This document shows positions 26,401 to 47,880 of a DNA stretch of 64,000 nucleotides, piece after piece. Source of the DNA: Phyllobates terribilis (Eukaryota); NCBI RefSeq assembly GCF_046119375.1, contig NW_027362768.1:144584001-144648000 (forward strand), read 5' to 3'. Within the stretch, counting starts at the first letter, position 1; every line of letters begins with the position of its first letter. The notes beneath the pieces are model-generated. The model ran no database searches, was not told the origin of the DNA, and worked only from the letters and a program-made list of their open reading frames with translations. The position numbers and the translations under genes are program-made.

Positions 26401-29400
26401 CAGCATATGGTCTCACAAGGGGTCTGAGGATCTCATCTCGGTACCTAATGGCAGTCAGGCTACCTCTGGCAAGCACATGGTGGGCTGTGCAGCCCTCCAG
26501 AGTTGCAGCCACACACACCATTCAACTCTGCCAAACCGGTCATACTGAAGGATGTTGCAGGCAGCAGATCGCTCTCCACGGCGTCTCCAGACTCTGTCAC
26601 GTCTGTCACATGTGCTCAGTGTGAACCTGCTTTCATCTGTGAAGAGCACAGGGCGCCAGTGGCGACTTTGCCAATCCTGGTGTTCTGTGGCAAATGCAAA
26701 GTGTTCTACACGGTGTTGGGCTGTGAGCACAACCCCCATCTGTGGACGTCGGACCCTCATACCACCCTCATGGAGTTGGTTTCTAACCGTTTGTGCAGAC
26801 ACATGCACATTTGTGGCCTGCTGGAGGTCATTTTGCAGGGCTCTGGCAGTGCTCCTCCTGTTCCTCCTTGCACAAAGGCGGAGGTAGCGGTCCTGCTGCT
26901 GGGTTGTTGCCCTCCTATGGCCCCCTCCACGTCTCCTGGTGTACTGGCTTGTCTCCTGGTAGCGCCTCCAGCCTCTGGACACTACGCTGACAGACACAGC
27001 AAACCTTCTTGCCACAGCTCGCATTGATGTGCCATCCTGGTAGAGCTGCACTACCTGAGCAACTTCTCTGGGTTGTAGCGTCCATCTCATGCTACCACGA
27101 GTGTGAAAGCACAACCAACATTCAAAAGTGACCAAAACATCAGCCAGAAAGCATTGGTACTGAGATGTGGTCTGTGGTCCCCACCTGCAGAACCCCTCCT
27201 TTATTGAGGGTGTCTCTCGATAATTGGCAATAATTTCCATCTAATGTCTATTCCATTTGCACAACAGCATGTGAAATTGATTGTCAATCAGTGTTGCTTC
27301 CTAAGTGGACAGTTTGATTTCACAGAAGTTTGATTTACTTGGAGTTATATTCTGTTGTTCCCTTTATTTTTTTGAGCAGTGTATTTATCCACTTAAGTAT
27401 TAATACAATTGTTGGTTTAATTTGATAGTCCTATGCTGTATTTCAATTTCCATGTTAAATAATGTAATGAGAAAATAGCTATTAGCTCCTCCTGTATGTC
27501 TTACATATACGTTTGTCGTGAACTTTCTATTTCTTCTGTGCATTGCCATTTTAATACATATTTTAAATGTATTAATAAAATCTATACCTTTTAGTATCAT
27601 TTTTGTTTGTGATTATTTACACTTGTGTAGATATATATTCTAAATGAATATCTACTTAAAGTTAACAGTGGTAATATTTTCTTATTTGGATGTGTATTCA
27701 TATATTTAAATGTCCTAACAGGAGCCGGACTTTATCATTCACATCCTCCATGGTAATTCTGTACTCACTTCTTCTTGTCGCTTCTCTGCAAAAGGCATCT
27801 GACTGTGACAGCCGAGGATACAAGCATACTGCTCATTGGACTGTGGATAAGCTTCTGTGCAAGCTGCAGAGGAATAGAAACAAACAGGCCAAAATTAACC
27901 CACCCAAGCCTTTTTTAGATAATCAGAAACACCAAGGGAAATTGTGCTGACGTCTCCTGGCTCTAGCCATGTGAATGGATAAGAGGCGCCGGAAAGTAGG
28001 GTGCATGCACCTAAAAACTTCTACTTGTTAGGGTATGTTCAATTTTCTTTTTTTGGGGTTGGAATACATGTGAACATACCCTTATGGTATCATTAAGATG
28101 CCCTGACATTATGAGGGTTGTCTAAGGACACAAATCACCCAGAAAGCATACACTTATGCCCTTATATCCGGATGCATCGTGTTTTTCACCTGATTCACAT
28201 TCTGTCTTCGTTTTGTTCAGGTCGTCTCCTTCATCAGCAAATTGACAGATGGAAAAAAGCCTACAGCCACGATGGCAGGCAAACAGCTCCTCCTCCTACA
28301 GAGAGAAAAGAAGAAGAAACTTCTGTCTGTGGACTGGAATATATGCATCTACCATAATTGTGAGAACATACGGCAGGATAAAGCAGATATATGATCATGT
28401 ATTTTGTATGCAATAGAAGGACATAACAGCGTCCTACAGGTTTAAAGGGTTTCTCTGGCAACTTTCATTTCCATATTGAGAGGTGCGGAGGACGTTGCGT
28501 CGACATGTGCCTGCCAAGTCTCATGAGCATCCGGCACGTATTGTCCTATTATAATAGAAAGACACTTAACAGAGTAAACAGTGCACAAGCTATACCGGTC
28601 AGTCTTAGCAGGAACAGATGCAACGTCATTAGGATCTCTCACTTCCCGAAACAGAAAGGAGCAGTGTCGGAGAACCCATTTAAATGCCCGGCGTCACAAT
28701 GATCACAATACTGGTTATAGTAACAGCCGCCTCGCCAAAATACCGCACATCCACAATTGTACGTGCTTTATTAAAAATGAAGAAGATAAAGTGCTACCAG
28801 AATTCTCAGGAGAGGACTTTTCTCCCGTGAGATCAATCAGGCATGTTGAAATCCAACATGCCCAATCTTCACCCCCAGCCTGATAGAGAGTCAGAACCCC
28901 CACCACCCCATACATTTTAGACAGCCGGCCATTGTGGCCCCATAAATGGAGTCGTAGTAAGGTTAGAGAGGAGTGCTGAATGTCGCTGACACACTACATC
29001 ATAAATCTCCCCACGACTCCGACACCTGGAGAGGCAGAGGCGACAGCTGCAATCTGAATAACACAGAAATGGCCTCCACTTTAGACTGAGGTCACATTTT
29101 GTGGATGCAGTGGATATTTTCTGCATTATCTCATAGGGTAATGCTGTATAAGCTCGTGACCAGACGGTATCTGTCTGCACAAGGAGTGTGGGGGATACTG
29201 GTCAATGAAGGGTCAAAGTTTGGAGGAAGAATAAAGGCCATTTATGGAATGTGAAAGGTCTGGCTAAAAAAATATGAGGGATCCAATGACTGGATGTCCT
29301 TAAGGACAAAAATGTCCAGGAAGGATGGGAAATTTTTAAAAATGAGATTCTCAAAGCACAATCGTTAACAATCCCGAAAAGTAGGAAGAATGGGAAGCAT

Positions 29401-32400
29401 TTAAGGAAACCAGGATGGATGAACACAGAACTTAAACACATGCTAAAAAGAAAGAAAGAAATGTTTATTAAATGGAAAGAGGGAGGCATATCTAAAGAAG
29501 ATTATAATGCAGTCTGCAGATCCTGCAGGGCACGTATCAGGTTAGCTAAAGCTGACAATGAATTAAGGCTTGCAAGAGATGTCAAAAGCAATAAAAAAGA
29601 ATTTTGGGGGTATGTCAAAAGTAAAAGAAAAGTCAAAGATGCTATAGGATTTTTACAGGATGAAAATGGAGAAATGGTAAGAGAGGATGTTGAGAAGGCC
29701 GAACTTTTTAATTCCTATTTTGCATCTGTTTTCTCTCAGAAAGAAAATGTAACATCAACTGATCTTCACTGTCCTTTCAAAGGAATAGAAGAATCCAAGT
29801 TATCTGTAAACAGAAAGATTGTGAGGGAATATTTAGCTAACATAAATGAGTTCAAGTCTCCAGGTCCAGATGAATTACACCCCAGAGTACTGAAGGAGAT
29901 CGTAGAAGAAATTTTAGAACCACTCTCCATAATCTTTGAAAATTCTTGGAGAACAGGAGAAGTCCCAGAAGACTGGAGAAGAGCAAATGTTGTTCCTATC
30001 TTCAAAAAGGGGAAGAAGGTGGACCCAGGGAACTATAGGCCGGTGAGTCTGACTTCTATACCAGGAAAGATCTTTGAACAAATTATTAAACAAGATGTAT
30101 GTAAGTACATGGAGAAGAATGAAGTGATTAACCAGAGTCAGCATGGGTTTGTAACTAACAAGTCATGTCAGACTAACTTAATTTCCTTCTATGACAGAAT
30201 CACTGACTGGGTGGATCAGGGAAATGCTGTAGATATAGTATATCTTGACTTCAGCAAAGCATTTGACAAAGTATCTCACACCATCCTTATTGAAAAAATG
30301 ACCAAGTATGCAATGGACCAGGCAACTGTTAGGTGGATTCATAACTGGCTTAGTGATCGGACTCAAAGGGTGGTTGTAAATGGCTTCACATCCAGCTGGA
30401 TGAATGTCTCAAGTGGGGTACCACAGGGCTCCGTCCTGGGACCTGTATTGTTCAACATCTTTATCAATGATTTAGATGAAGGAATTGAGGGTAAACTGAT
30501 TAAATTTGCTGATGACACAAAGCTAGGAGGGATAGCTAACACTAGAGAAAAGAGAGAGAGGATTCAAAAAGACCTAAATAAACTGGGAGCAGTGGGCAGC
30601 AACCAACAGAATGATTTTTAACAGGGAAAAATGCAAAGTACTACATCTGGGCAATAAAAATGAAAAAAGCATATACAGAATGGGAGGAATAGAGCTAAGC
30701 AACAGTACATGTGAAAAAGACTTAGGTATACTAATAGATCATAGACTGAACATGAGTCAACAGTGTGATGCAGCAGCAAAAAAGGCAAATACAATTCTGA
30801 GATGTATGAACAGAAGCATACAGTCTAGATCACGTGAAGTCATTATCGGTCTTTACTCCTCTTTGGTCAGACCTCATCTGGAATACTGTGTACAGTTTTG
30901 GGCACCACATTTTAAAAAAGACATAGACAAACTGGAGCAAGTTCAGAGAAGAGCGACCAGAATGGTGACTGGTCTGCAAACCATGTCCTATGAGGAACGG
31001 TTGCAGGATTTGGGAATGTTTAGCTTGCAAAAAAGAAGACTGAGAGGAGACTTAATAGCTGTCTACAAATATGTCAAGGGCTGTCACATTGTAGAAGGAT
31101 CATCTTTATTCTCATTTGCACAAGGAAAGACTAGAAGCAATGGGATGAAACTAAATGGGAGGAGACACAGATTAGATATTAGAAAAAACTTTTTGACAGT
31201 TAGGGTGATTAATGAGTGGAACAGGCTGCCACGAGAGATGGTGAGTTCCCCTTCAATGGACGTCTTCAAACAGAGGCTGGACAGACATCTGTCTGAGATG
31301 GTTTAGTGAATCCTGCTTTGAGCAGGGGGTTGGACCAGATGACCCAGGAGGTCCCTTCCAACTCTACCATTCTATGATTCTATGAATATATACCGGTAAC
31401 AAAAAATAAAAAAAAAAAGGAGAAAGGAAAAAAAAAAAAAAAAAAATACTATTTATATCTGAATGAGAACATTTTTTAGAGCTCTTAAAAGCTCATGTAT
31501 GAAAAAAATGTACCTGGTAATGAACAGGGGAAAAATGCTCTTGGACTGGTTAAGGTGTCATTCTGCACATAAACAGGAATCATGATAGAGCAAACACCCC
31601 GAACTAACACTGCAGGGCGAGCATGGCCAGAAAATCATACAACTTTCTTTATTTTTACCTTTGTGAAAATCTTTATAAAAAATTAATAAAAACCAGACAA
31701 ACATTGGAGAAACAGTTCTCCACCCCCCAACCTTAAGAAGCATTAAACATGAGTTATTTATACATCTTGGCTCTGCAAAACCAGCAGAATTAGATGAACA
31801 AATACTTGAACATAGTAACAATATTCAACCCAATTACATATAACTTGTGTAAGTACTAATAACATTCATTTTAATTAATTTTCAAAGAAGTTTAATTTGA
31901 GGCATCATATAAACGTAACTCAAAGCAAGCCGAGGCGAAATCTCCTCAGTTCCCTAGATGTCAAACCAGAGCCATCAATCCATAGACCTCATATCTTGTC
32001 AAATTTAGAGATAGCATCTCTTTTTAGGTATATGTCTTTTTCCAAATTTACTAGCCGGTTAACATTATCAATAAATACTGATATCATTGGCTCCTGATCT
32101 GCTATCCATTTTTGGGCTATCAATTTTGTTGCCATATATAACATACGTGCTGCTGCAATTTTGCCGTACTCATCAATAGCCAGATCTTCAACATATCCCA
32201 GTATACATACTAATGGTGAAAGCTCTACGTCAATTGAATAAACCCTGTTAATCATTGCTACAACACTCTTTCAAAAGGACACCAAGTTAGAACAGTTCCA
32301 CATCATATGAAGAATATCTTCTATGTTAGTTTTACATCTAGGACAGTGGGGACTTGAACGAAATCTTATGTTAAATAAGAATTGAGGTGTCCTGTATACC

Positions 32401-35400
32401 TGGGGTTTCACATATATATGGGACGGTCTATGGGATTCACTTAGACAGCTGTGGAACTCTTTCCAGTATATCTGACCAGTGATTTTCCTCTATGGGTCCC
32501 ATTACACTCTCCCATTTCTCTTTTGATCGCATTGGCTGGTTTGTCAATATAAGGTATAAGAGAATGTTATAAAGTAATGAGATCAGTCCACGAGAACTGT
32601 GTAGATTAGCTATTCTCTGTATTATTGAGTTTCGGGGTACTCCTCCTGCCAGAACAATGCCTTCCGCCTGATATGCGTGCCTAAATTATAAGCATTTATA
32701 GGGTTCAGAGGGAGGTGACCCATATTCGTTTTGCAGCTGTGAGAATTCCTGAATCACATCACCTATCAGCACTTGATTAAGTCTGTTTAACACTAGAACT
32801 ACTGATGGAGTCATTTTGACTCCTTTCGTTTTTTATTTCTCTTCTGTGACTACATTTTTCAGAATTCCGGCTTGAAACTCGGTGACTTTTCCTCAGATAT
32901 GATGTGAAAAAAGATTTTGTGAGAATAAATAATTTTGGTGAAAAATTTGCGCGTTTTTTTCAAAATTTACCAAGAACTACTGAAGGGAGTCATTTTGACT
33001 CCCTACTATATTTTGAGGTCCTTTTGTCACTAAATGTTGCTATAAAGTTTTGTGCATAATTTTTTCACTCTGTCTTATTTATCCTGATGTTCATATAGAT
33101 GTAGTTCAATTTACATGTCAACTTTTCACATTTTCCTTGTGTTTTACCTGCTTGTATTACTGTGTAATGCTGAACAAACTATCTGATGAGGAGCTAGATG
33201 CATTCATTGCGATATTCTATGCTCGTGGAATATCTGGCACGAACCGTCACTCGATTAGCAGTATTTGGTGTAATGACTGGGGAATACCGTTTTGCAAAGC
33301 GACAATGTCTAGGGACCGCTTTGTTGAAATTATGAGGTTTCTCAGATTTGATGAGAAATCTACTCGATCGGAGAGACTGCAAACGGACAAGTTTGCTCTA
33401 TTTTCTACTGTGTGGGACAGGTTTATTGAAAATTGTATTGCGTGTTACAAACCTGGCCCATACATAATGGTGGATGAGCAACTTTTCCCAAGCAAAACTA
33501 GGTGTCCATTCACGCAGTACATGCCTTCCAAACCAGATAAATATGGCCACAAATATTGGCTAGCTGTTGATAAGAGGAGCAAATATCTGGCAAATGGCTT
33601 CCCTTATCTAGGCAAAGATGACACACGCCGTGCTGAGGACCGTTTAGCTGACCATGTGGTAATGAAGTTATTGGACCCGTTTTTGAAAAAAGGTCGCAAT
33701 GTTACAACCGATAATTATTTTACTTCAGTAAAATTAGCTAAACAGCTAAAAAGCAAAGGAACAACCATCGTGGGAACACTGAACAAGATAAGGCGAGAAG
33801 TGCCTAAAGAAATAAAATCCATGAAAGAGGAATTGTACAACACTAAAGTGTTTAGAAATGAAGACAATTTTACACTTACAGTATATCAAGGAAAGCCCAA
33901 CAAAAATGTTGTCATTTTGAGTTCCGTCCATCCAGATGTTGTTGTTGCGTCTGATTCTGCTAAAAAAACTCCAGAAACGGTAAAGTTTTACAATGAAACA
34001 AAATATGGAGTAGATGTAGTGGATCAGATGGCACGAAAATATACCACACGAACATGCACAAGGAGATGGCCTGTTCATGCATTTGAAAATGCCTTAGACT
34101 TTGCGGGTATAAATGCATGGATAATATTCAAGGAGATTACCCACCAAAAAATGGCACGCAAGGCATTTTTGCAAACGCTTGTGAGAGAGTTGAGTGGTCC
34201 TTATGTCACAGATAGGGAAAAGGGTTCCACGTCCCAAGTTTCTACATGCTCAGAAGTGATGGTTCAAACAAAATTTTGCCAGATCAAAGAAAAGTGCAAG
34301 AAAAATAGATCTGTCGGAAATTGTAAGACTTGTGGTAAGTCTTTGTGTGGGCAATGTACTGCCATAAATCAAAGGCAATGCCTAAAATGCGAAACACCAA
34401 ATGTTTAGAAGGTGAATTCTGCGCCATATTTTCATTTTTATGCTCCTCCACCTACATTTTCTCTGCTTTTTGTTCTTCAGTTGTTGTTTATATGTGTGCA
34501 CTTGAATAAAAAAAAATGTTTGAAAAACGTCTATTATAATTATTGTTATTTTCTGTAGAAAAATAAGAAAAGCAGAAAAAAAACACTCACAATAATAATA
34601 CATTACAAAAAATATAATTATTAATAAATAACCACAAATGAAACTCTAAAAATAAACGAAAACAAGCAAGGAGTCAAAATGACTCCTTTCAGTAGTTCTA
34701 GGCGGAGTCACGAGTCCAGTAGTCCTAGTGTTAAACCCCTGGCGCCAAATCCCACCAGTTGGTATAGATTTGGAAGCCATGGAGTGTTCCACAATGAAGT
34801 AAATTGTGAAACACTTCACTGTCCACCAAAGTTTGTGACATAACAGCATAGTCGGCATTTTGCCTCCAAGTGTCCTAAACTTATTGCCTCCAATACCTCA
34901 TCCAACTTTCTTATAATCCTGCCTACACGTACAAGGATCTGGAGAGCAGCTTGTATCTCTGTAAGAAAACAAGCTCAATGTACCACTGAGAATCTCAGAA
35001 AAGAAGAAGAAAAAAAAAAGGAGGACGAGTCAATATTACGCATTTATTTTATATATTTTTCTTTTAAAGGGACCCTGTCATCAGGTTTTTATACCCCTAA
35101 CCAATGCCAATTGTGTACAGATGCTGCAATGCTGATTACATCCAAAGTTTTATTTTAGAAATCTGGGTTTACATTTTAGAGAAATGTATTATTGGATTGT
35201 TATGCAAATGAGCCGCTAATAGGGGCAAAGCACCTGCAAATCGGCTGCCTCTCTTGCCAATTCCTGTCTGTGGCGGACAGGTCACTCTTCTTTCAGCGAC
35301 TTACCTCTTCCACCCGCAACATACTGCAATCGCCATCATTTCCCGGGAAGGTCCTGATGAAGAAGACGGTCAGTGTCTGGTGACTTCTTCACTCCTGCAG

Positions 35401-37770
35401 CACAAGTTGTCCTAGTGAAGAGGACAGTCATTGCCCGCAAACTATGTGCATGCACCGCTCCAGGGAGTGACAGCACTTGCACTAGATCTCAGCTGGGAGA
35501 GGGAGTTCATTGAAAGCAGAGTAGTAACAGAAAAACACGGTTTAGGGTTTCTGATCTCAAACTTGTCCATGCTACTCTTCCATACACTTTCTTCCCATTC
35601 TGCATGCTGGGACTTGGGAGTTTTCAAGCAGTTACAAAATTGGAGTTCATGTGCTGTGACTGGTAGTTCCCCAGCAGCTACATAGTTAATGTTAATATGT
35701 TTGGACTTTTGTACTTTCCCAGTAGTTGGATCTCTACAGACGGCATGATAGGACTTGTAGTTCCCTAGCAGCTTTGTAGCTAAAATTTGCATACTGGGAC
35801 TAGTAGCTCCCAGGAGTTGCATGCTGGGATCCTATCCCGTAATGTAGTGTTGATTAGTCAGCACACGTCTTTCCGGCGCCTGCTTACCGGAACCATTTCA
35901 CCTATATTGGTTTTGTTTCCGGTCGTCAGAAAAGGATTTTAAAAAGTGCGCCTACACGAACCGGCGATGTCATAAGATTTCATCGGGCTATGTGGATGAC
36001 GCAGGAGGCTTCCTCCTCCTCAATCACAGCGTTTTAGGACGGCGTTTAGCAGGTAAGAGGAGGGACAGGCACCGCTGCAATGAGCCCATTGGACCAGCCG
36101 TCCAAATTTGCATACCTCGATGGAGCACTTAAATTTTGTTTTGGGGATATACAGGGGAGTCAGGACAGAATATACAACTTTGCTGGAAGGCAGCACAAGC
36201 GCTGAGGAAGGTGGTGGTATTGATTCATACATGAAATATCTGGTGACAGGTTCCCTTTAAAACACACAAACAAACCAAATAGACCAGTAGGAAGACGGGA
36301 GCTATGTGCCCACGATGCAGAAATGCTCAGGATTTTTTCCTGACCGTTTCTGAATCTCCCTGGCAGAAAAAAAACGCATTTGGATTGTACATGCGGATTG
36401 TACATGCGTTTTTCCTGCCAGGGACATGCGGATGTGAAGCGTTCTTCACATGCATTTCCGCATGCGGGTTGTCAAGAGCTTTCCAAGAGATTTTAACATC
36501 ACTCGGAAAGTGCTTGTCAACTAGGTCACACTATATAAATCCATGCAAACAGCATATATAGTGTGACCGAAAGAATGGTAAAAAATAAAAAAGAAATCTA
36601 TACTTCCCTTCCGATGGCCCCCGGTGTCTTGTTTCCCTCTGTCTCGGCTGCCGGCAGCGCTACACTGAAGGACCTGCCTACGTCAGGGTCGCGTGACCCG
36701 TCACATGACTCTGACGTCAGCGCAGGTCCTTCAGTACATTGCGAACTGTCGGCATGCGAGGAGGAGCGCAGAGCAGGACGCCAGAAGGTAAGTATATATT
36801 TATTTTTTATTTTATTCTTTTTTTTTTTTTTACAGTTTTCTATGGTACCCGGGTCCGGAGGAGAGTCTCCCGTCCTCTAGACCCAGGTACCATCCGCACA
36901 TTAGAACGCATGGAATGCGCATCTACATATACAGTGATGCGTAATCCATGCGATCTAATGCAAGTCAATGGCGAAAACACAGCGCTTCCGCATAATAATT
37001 GGTAGTGCTGCGTTTTTTTCCGCAATGATAATCCGCAGTGGAAATCTCCGCAGCATGTGCACTGCACATGCGGATTATCATTGGGGAACATGGCAGACCT
37101 TCTACCAAGCGTTTTTTAAGCGTTTCGGCAGTGTTTTTGCCGCTGCGGAAAAGCTTAAAAAACGCATTGTGGGCACACAGACAAATACTACTAGTATAAT
37201 ATACAAACACACACTATATAATACTACATATAATCTATCATAGAATCATAGAATGGTAGAGTTGGAAGGGACCTCCTGGGTCATCTGGTCCAACCCCCTG
37301 CTCAAAGCACTATAAACAATATATACACCACTACACGTCATCTACACGCTGTATATTATACACCACTACACGTCATCTACACGCTGTATATTATACACCA
37401 CTACACGTCATCTATATGCTGTATATAATATATACACCAGTGATGTTGGGCAGGGAGTTTGCTAGACTTTTAATAAAATAATCCATTAAAAAATTACTTC
37501 AGGTGACAGTAAGGCTGATAACAGAGAACAGCAGCCTGCAGTGCGGGGATAGGAGTCAGAACCTGCTGCGGCCCCAGTTGCTTGTACAGGTCGGGGCTGG
37601 GCGGAGGAGGGCGCTGCTCTTACCTCCGGGTATGTGTGGAGGGGGTAGGTGCCCTCGCAGACTTGATGGCAGGACGAGCTGTCCCCCAGAGCAGTGTCCA
37701 GGGACCCCCGAGCCCCCAAAGTGCAACATAGCAGCAGCGCAGCCCCGCAGAACACCTTCGTGGCGGCCAT
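17320..37770 (-). CDS. TMEM59: Transmembrane protein 59, complete CDS, 8 exons, 316 aa
   Basis: join(37624..37770, 28190..28295, 27769..27863, 23618..23770, 22895..22976, 22707..22809, 19298..19406, 17320..17475) = 951 nt, all GT-AG and in frame. Motifs [72 protein letters not shown] and GPLPTKVDL match recalled human TMEM59. Confidence 0.97.
18759..19047. mobile_element. Kolobok/T2-type MITE
   Basis: TTAA|AGGGGTT ... AACCCTT|TTAA. Confidence 0.55.
19298..19406 (-). CDS. TMEM59: TMEM59 exon 7 (transmembrane helix)
   Basis: cttattcag|(M)[36 protein letters not shown]|gtaagt. Confidence 0.95.
20726..22644 (-). mobile_element. Non-autonomous Helitron carrying a 32-36-bp minisatellite
   Basis: On minus: A|TCTATCTATATAATTG at the 5' end; 3' end has hairpin CCCGATGCGTTAGAATCAGG then CCACCAT-CTAG|T. 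Inserted between A and T with no TSD, which are the canonical Helitron termini. Confidence 0.85.
20790..22075. repeat. Minisatellite, CCCCATGCAGGATGTCACATCCCCCGTATATAATAC (36 bp) with ~32-bp variants
   Basis: Direct tandem array inside the Helitron. Confidence 0.95.
22707..22809 (-). CDS. TMEM59: TMEM59 exon 6
   Basis: ctttctaacctgcag|(S)[33 protein letters not shown]|gtaagt. Phases 1 and 2 fit both neighbours. Confidence 0.85.
22895..22976 (-). CDS. TMEM59: TMEM59 exon 5
   Basis: ttgtttcag|[27 protein letters not shown]|gtaagt. Confidence 0.88.
23618..23770 (-). CDS. TMEM59: TMEM59 exon 4
   Basis: gctgcag|[51 protein letters not shown]|gtacgt. Confidence 0.95.
24129..25693 (+). mobile_element. 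Internally deleted (non-autonomous) Tc1-like element with long TIRs, carrying a nested insertion
   Basis: TIRs CAGTACAGACCAAAAGTTTGGACAC... over ~200 bp. Right TA at 25694-95; the left flank reads CA. Transposase start MARKKQLSK (25277) is fused directly to the C-terminal [14 protein letters not shown]...GGYFEEPRI at ~25305. Confidence 0.88.
24254..24985 (-). mobile_element. Deleted Tc1/mariner element with DD41D(rosa/Visitor)-like N-terminus, nested in the TIR of the previous element
   Basis: TA TSD at 24252-53 and 24986-87. ~68-bp TIRs CAGGGTGGTCCAAAAGTAG... ORF 24720..24403 (…[24 protein letters not shown]…GRPQTV…[20 protein letters not shown]) has the DUF4817-type HTH seen in DD41D/DD37D families. 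The catalytic domain is absent, so the subfamily is inferred. Confidence 0.75.
25810..27381 (-). mobile_element. Full-length decayed Tc1-like DD34E transposon
   Basis: TA TSD at 25808-09 and 27382-83. TIR CACTGCTCAAAAAAAATAAAGGGAAC. Transposase from ATG 27090 ([12 protein letters not shown]...FTDES) frameshifts at ~26510 into ...QDNARPH-34-E (ORF 26069..26521). Confidence 0.92.
27769..27863 (-). CDS. TMEM59: TMEM59 exon 3
   Basis: cctctgcag|(A)[31 protein letters not shown]|gtgagt. Confidence 0.95.
28190..28295 (-). CDS. TMEM59: TMEM59 exon 2
   Basis: ctctctgtag|[35 protein letters not shown]|gtgaaa. Confidence 0.95.
29280..31385 (+). mobile_element. 5'-truncated CR1 LINE (RT domain and 3' UTR) in TMEM59 intron 1
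   Basis: ORFs 29419..30621 and 30611..31306 ([38 protein letters not shown]) with one frameshift near 30585. CR1 tail ...ATTCTATGATTCTATG. Confidence 0.95.
32791..34730 (+). mobile_element. piggyBac transposon with TTAA TSD and an open, N-terminally truncated transposase
   Basis: TTAA at 32787-90 and 34731-34. TIR CACTAGAACTACTG / CAGTAGTCCTAGTG. ORF 33050..34408 (first ATG 33167, 413 aa) has VDEQ, TDNYF and GVDVVDQ (D-D spacing 79 and 101) plus a C-terminal Cys-rich domain. Confidence 0.95.
33167..34408 (+). CDS. piggyBac DDD transposase (PGBD4-like family), lacking its N-terminal region
   Basis: Uninterrupted reading frame. Catalytic triad and the Cys-rich tail CQIKEKC...CKTC...CGQC...CLKC are present. 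Confidence 0.7.
   Translation: MLNKLSDEELDAFIAIFYARGISGTNRHSISSIWCNDWGIPFCKATMSRDRFVEIMRFLRFDEKSTRSERLQTDKFALFSTVWDRFIENCIACYKPGPYIMVDEQLFPSKTRCPFTQYMPSKPDKYGHKYWLAVDKRSKYLANGFPYLGKDDTRRAEDRLADHVVMKLLDPFLKKGRNVTTDNYFTSVKLAKQLKSKGTTIVGTLNKIRREVPKEIKSMKEELYNTKVFRNEDNFTLTVYQGKPNKNVVILSSVHPDVVVASDSAKKTPETVKFYNETKYGVDVVDQMARKYTTRTCTRRWPVHAFENALDFAGINAWIIFKEITHQKMARKAFLQTLVRELSGPYVTDREKGSTSQVSTCSEVMVQTKFCQIKEKCKKNRSVGNCKTCGKSLCGQCTAINQRQCLKCETPNV
35068..36256. mobile_element. Kolobok/T2-type non-autonomous element
   Basis: TTAA flanks (35064-67, 36257-60). TIR AGGGACCCTGTCA / TGACAGGTTCCCT. Confidence 0.7.
36300..37180. mobile_element. Harbinger-type MITE with internal inverted repeats
   Basis: TGTGCCCACGATGC ... 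GCATTGTGGGCACA inverted ends. Confidence 0.5.
37238..37309 (-). mobile_element. 72-bp CR1 3'-end fragment
   Basis: Exact reverse complement of 31314..31385. Confidence 0.9.
37322..37440. repeat. 35-bp tandem repeat x3 (TACACCACTACACGTCATCTACACGCTGTATATTA)
   Basis: Direct inspection. Confidence 0.8.
37624..37770 (-). CDS. TMEM59: TMEM59 exon 1 (signal peptide)
   Basis: AAG-ATG-GCC start. [49 protein letters not shown]|gtaaga. Confidence 0.95.
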
Positions 37771-37917
37771 CTTTCTCCTCCCAGTAGTCATCAACATCCG
37801 GAGTAGGTGGTTCCTTAGCCACGCCCACTGACTTGTTTACAAACGTCATCACAGCGCGACGAGGCTTTTGTACGGAATGGGAAGGAAGTGTACGGAAAAC
37901 TAGTGACCGGTCGCAGC
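37771..37917. promoter_or_regulatory. Bidirectional promoter of TMEM59/TCEANC2
   Basis: Only 147 bp between the divergent start codons. GC/CpG-rich surroundings. GCCACGCCC (SP/KLF-like, 37818), TGTTTAC (FOX-like, 37834), ACGTCA (CRE half-site, 37843), GGAAGGAAGT (ETS-like, 37880), and AAGATGGC (YY1-like) over the TMEM59 ATG. Confidence 0.8.

Positions 37918-47880
<9,963 letters not shown>

Larger units (their letters stand above)
31850..34960 (-). mobile_element. Decayed L1/Tx1-clade LINE ORF2 3' remnant, split by the piggyBac (pieces ~31850..32786 and 34735..~34960)
   Basis: Minus strand reads VYRTPQFL...HCPRCK...HMMWNC (CCHC knuckle) and ...KLIAQKW...LVNLEK...KFDKI. The GG-L-x-x-P-like motif spans the TTAA insertion site. 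Outer boundaries are approximate. Confidence 0.7.

Noticed and set aside
28917-29180. Cys-rich minus ORF as a possible TMEM59 exon 2
   Set aside because: The true exon 2 was found at 28190..28295 with perfect homology and phase.
33050-34408. piggyBac as a TMEM59 exon trap (CSB-PGBD3-like fusion) via the pyrimidine-rich AG at ~33098
   Set aside because: The transposase is on plus, antisense to TMEM59, so it cannot be spliced into TMEM59 mRNA.
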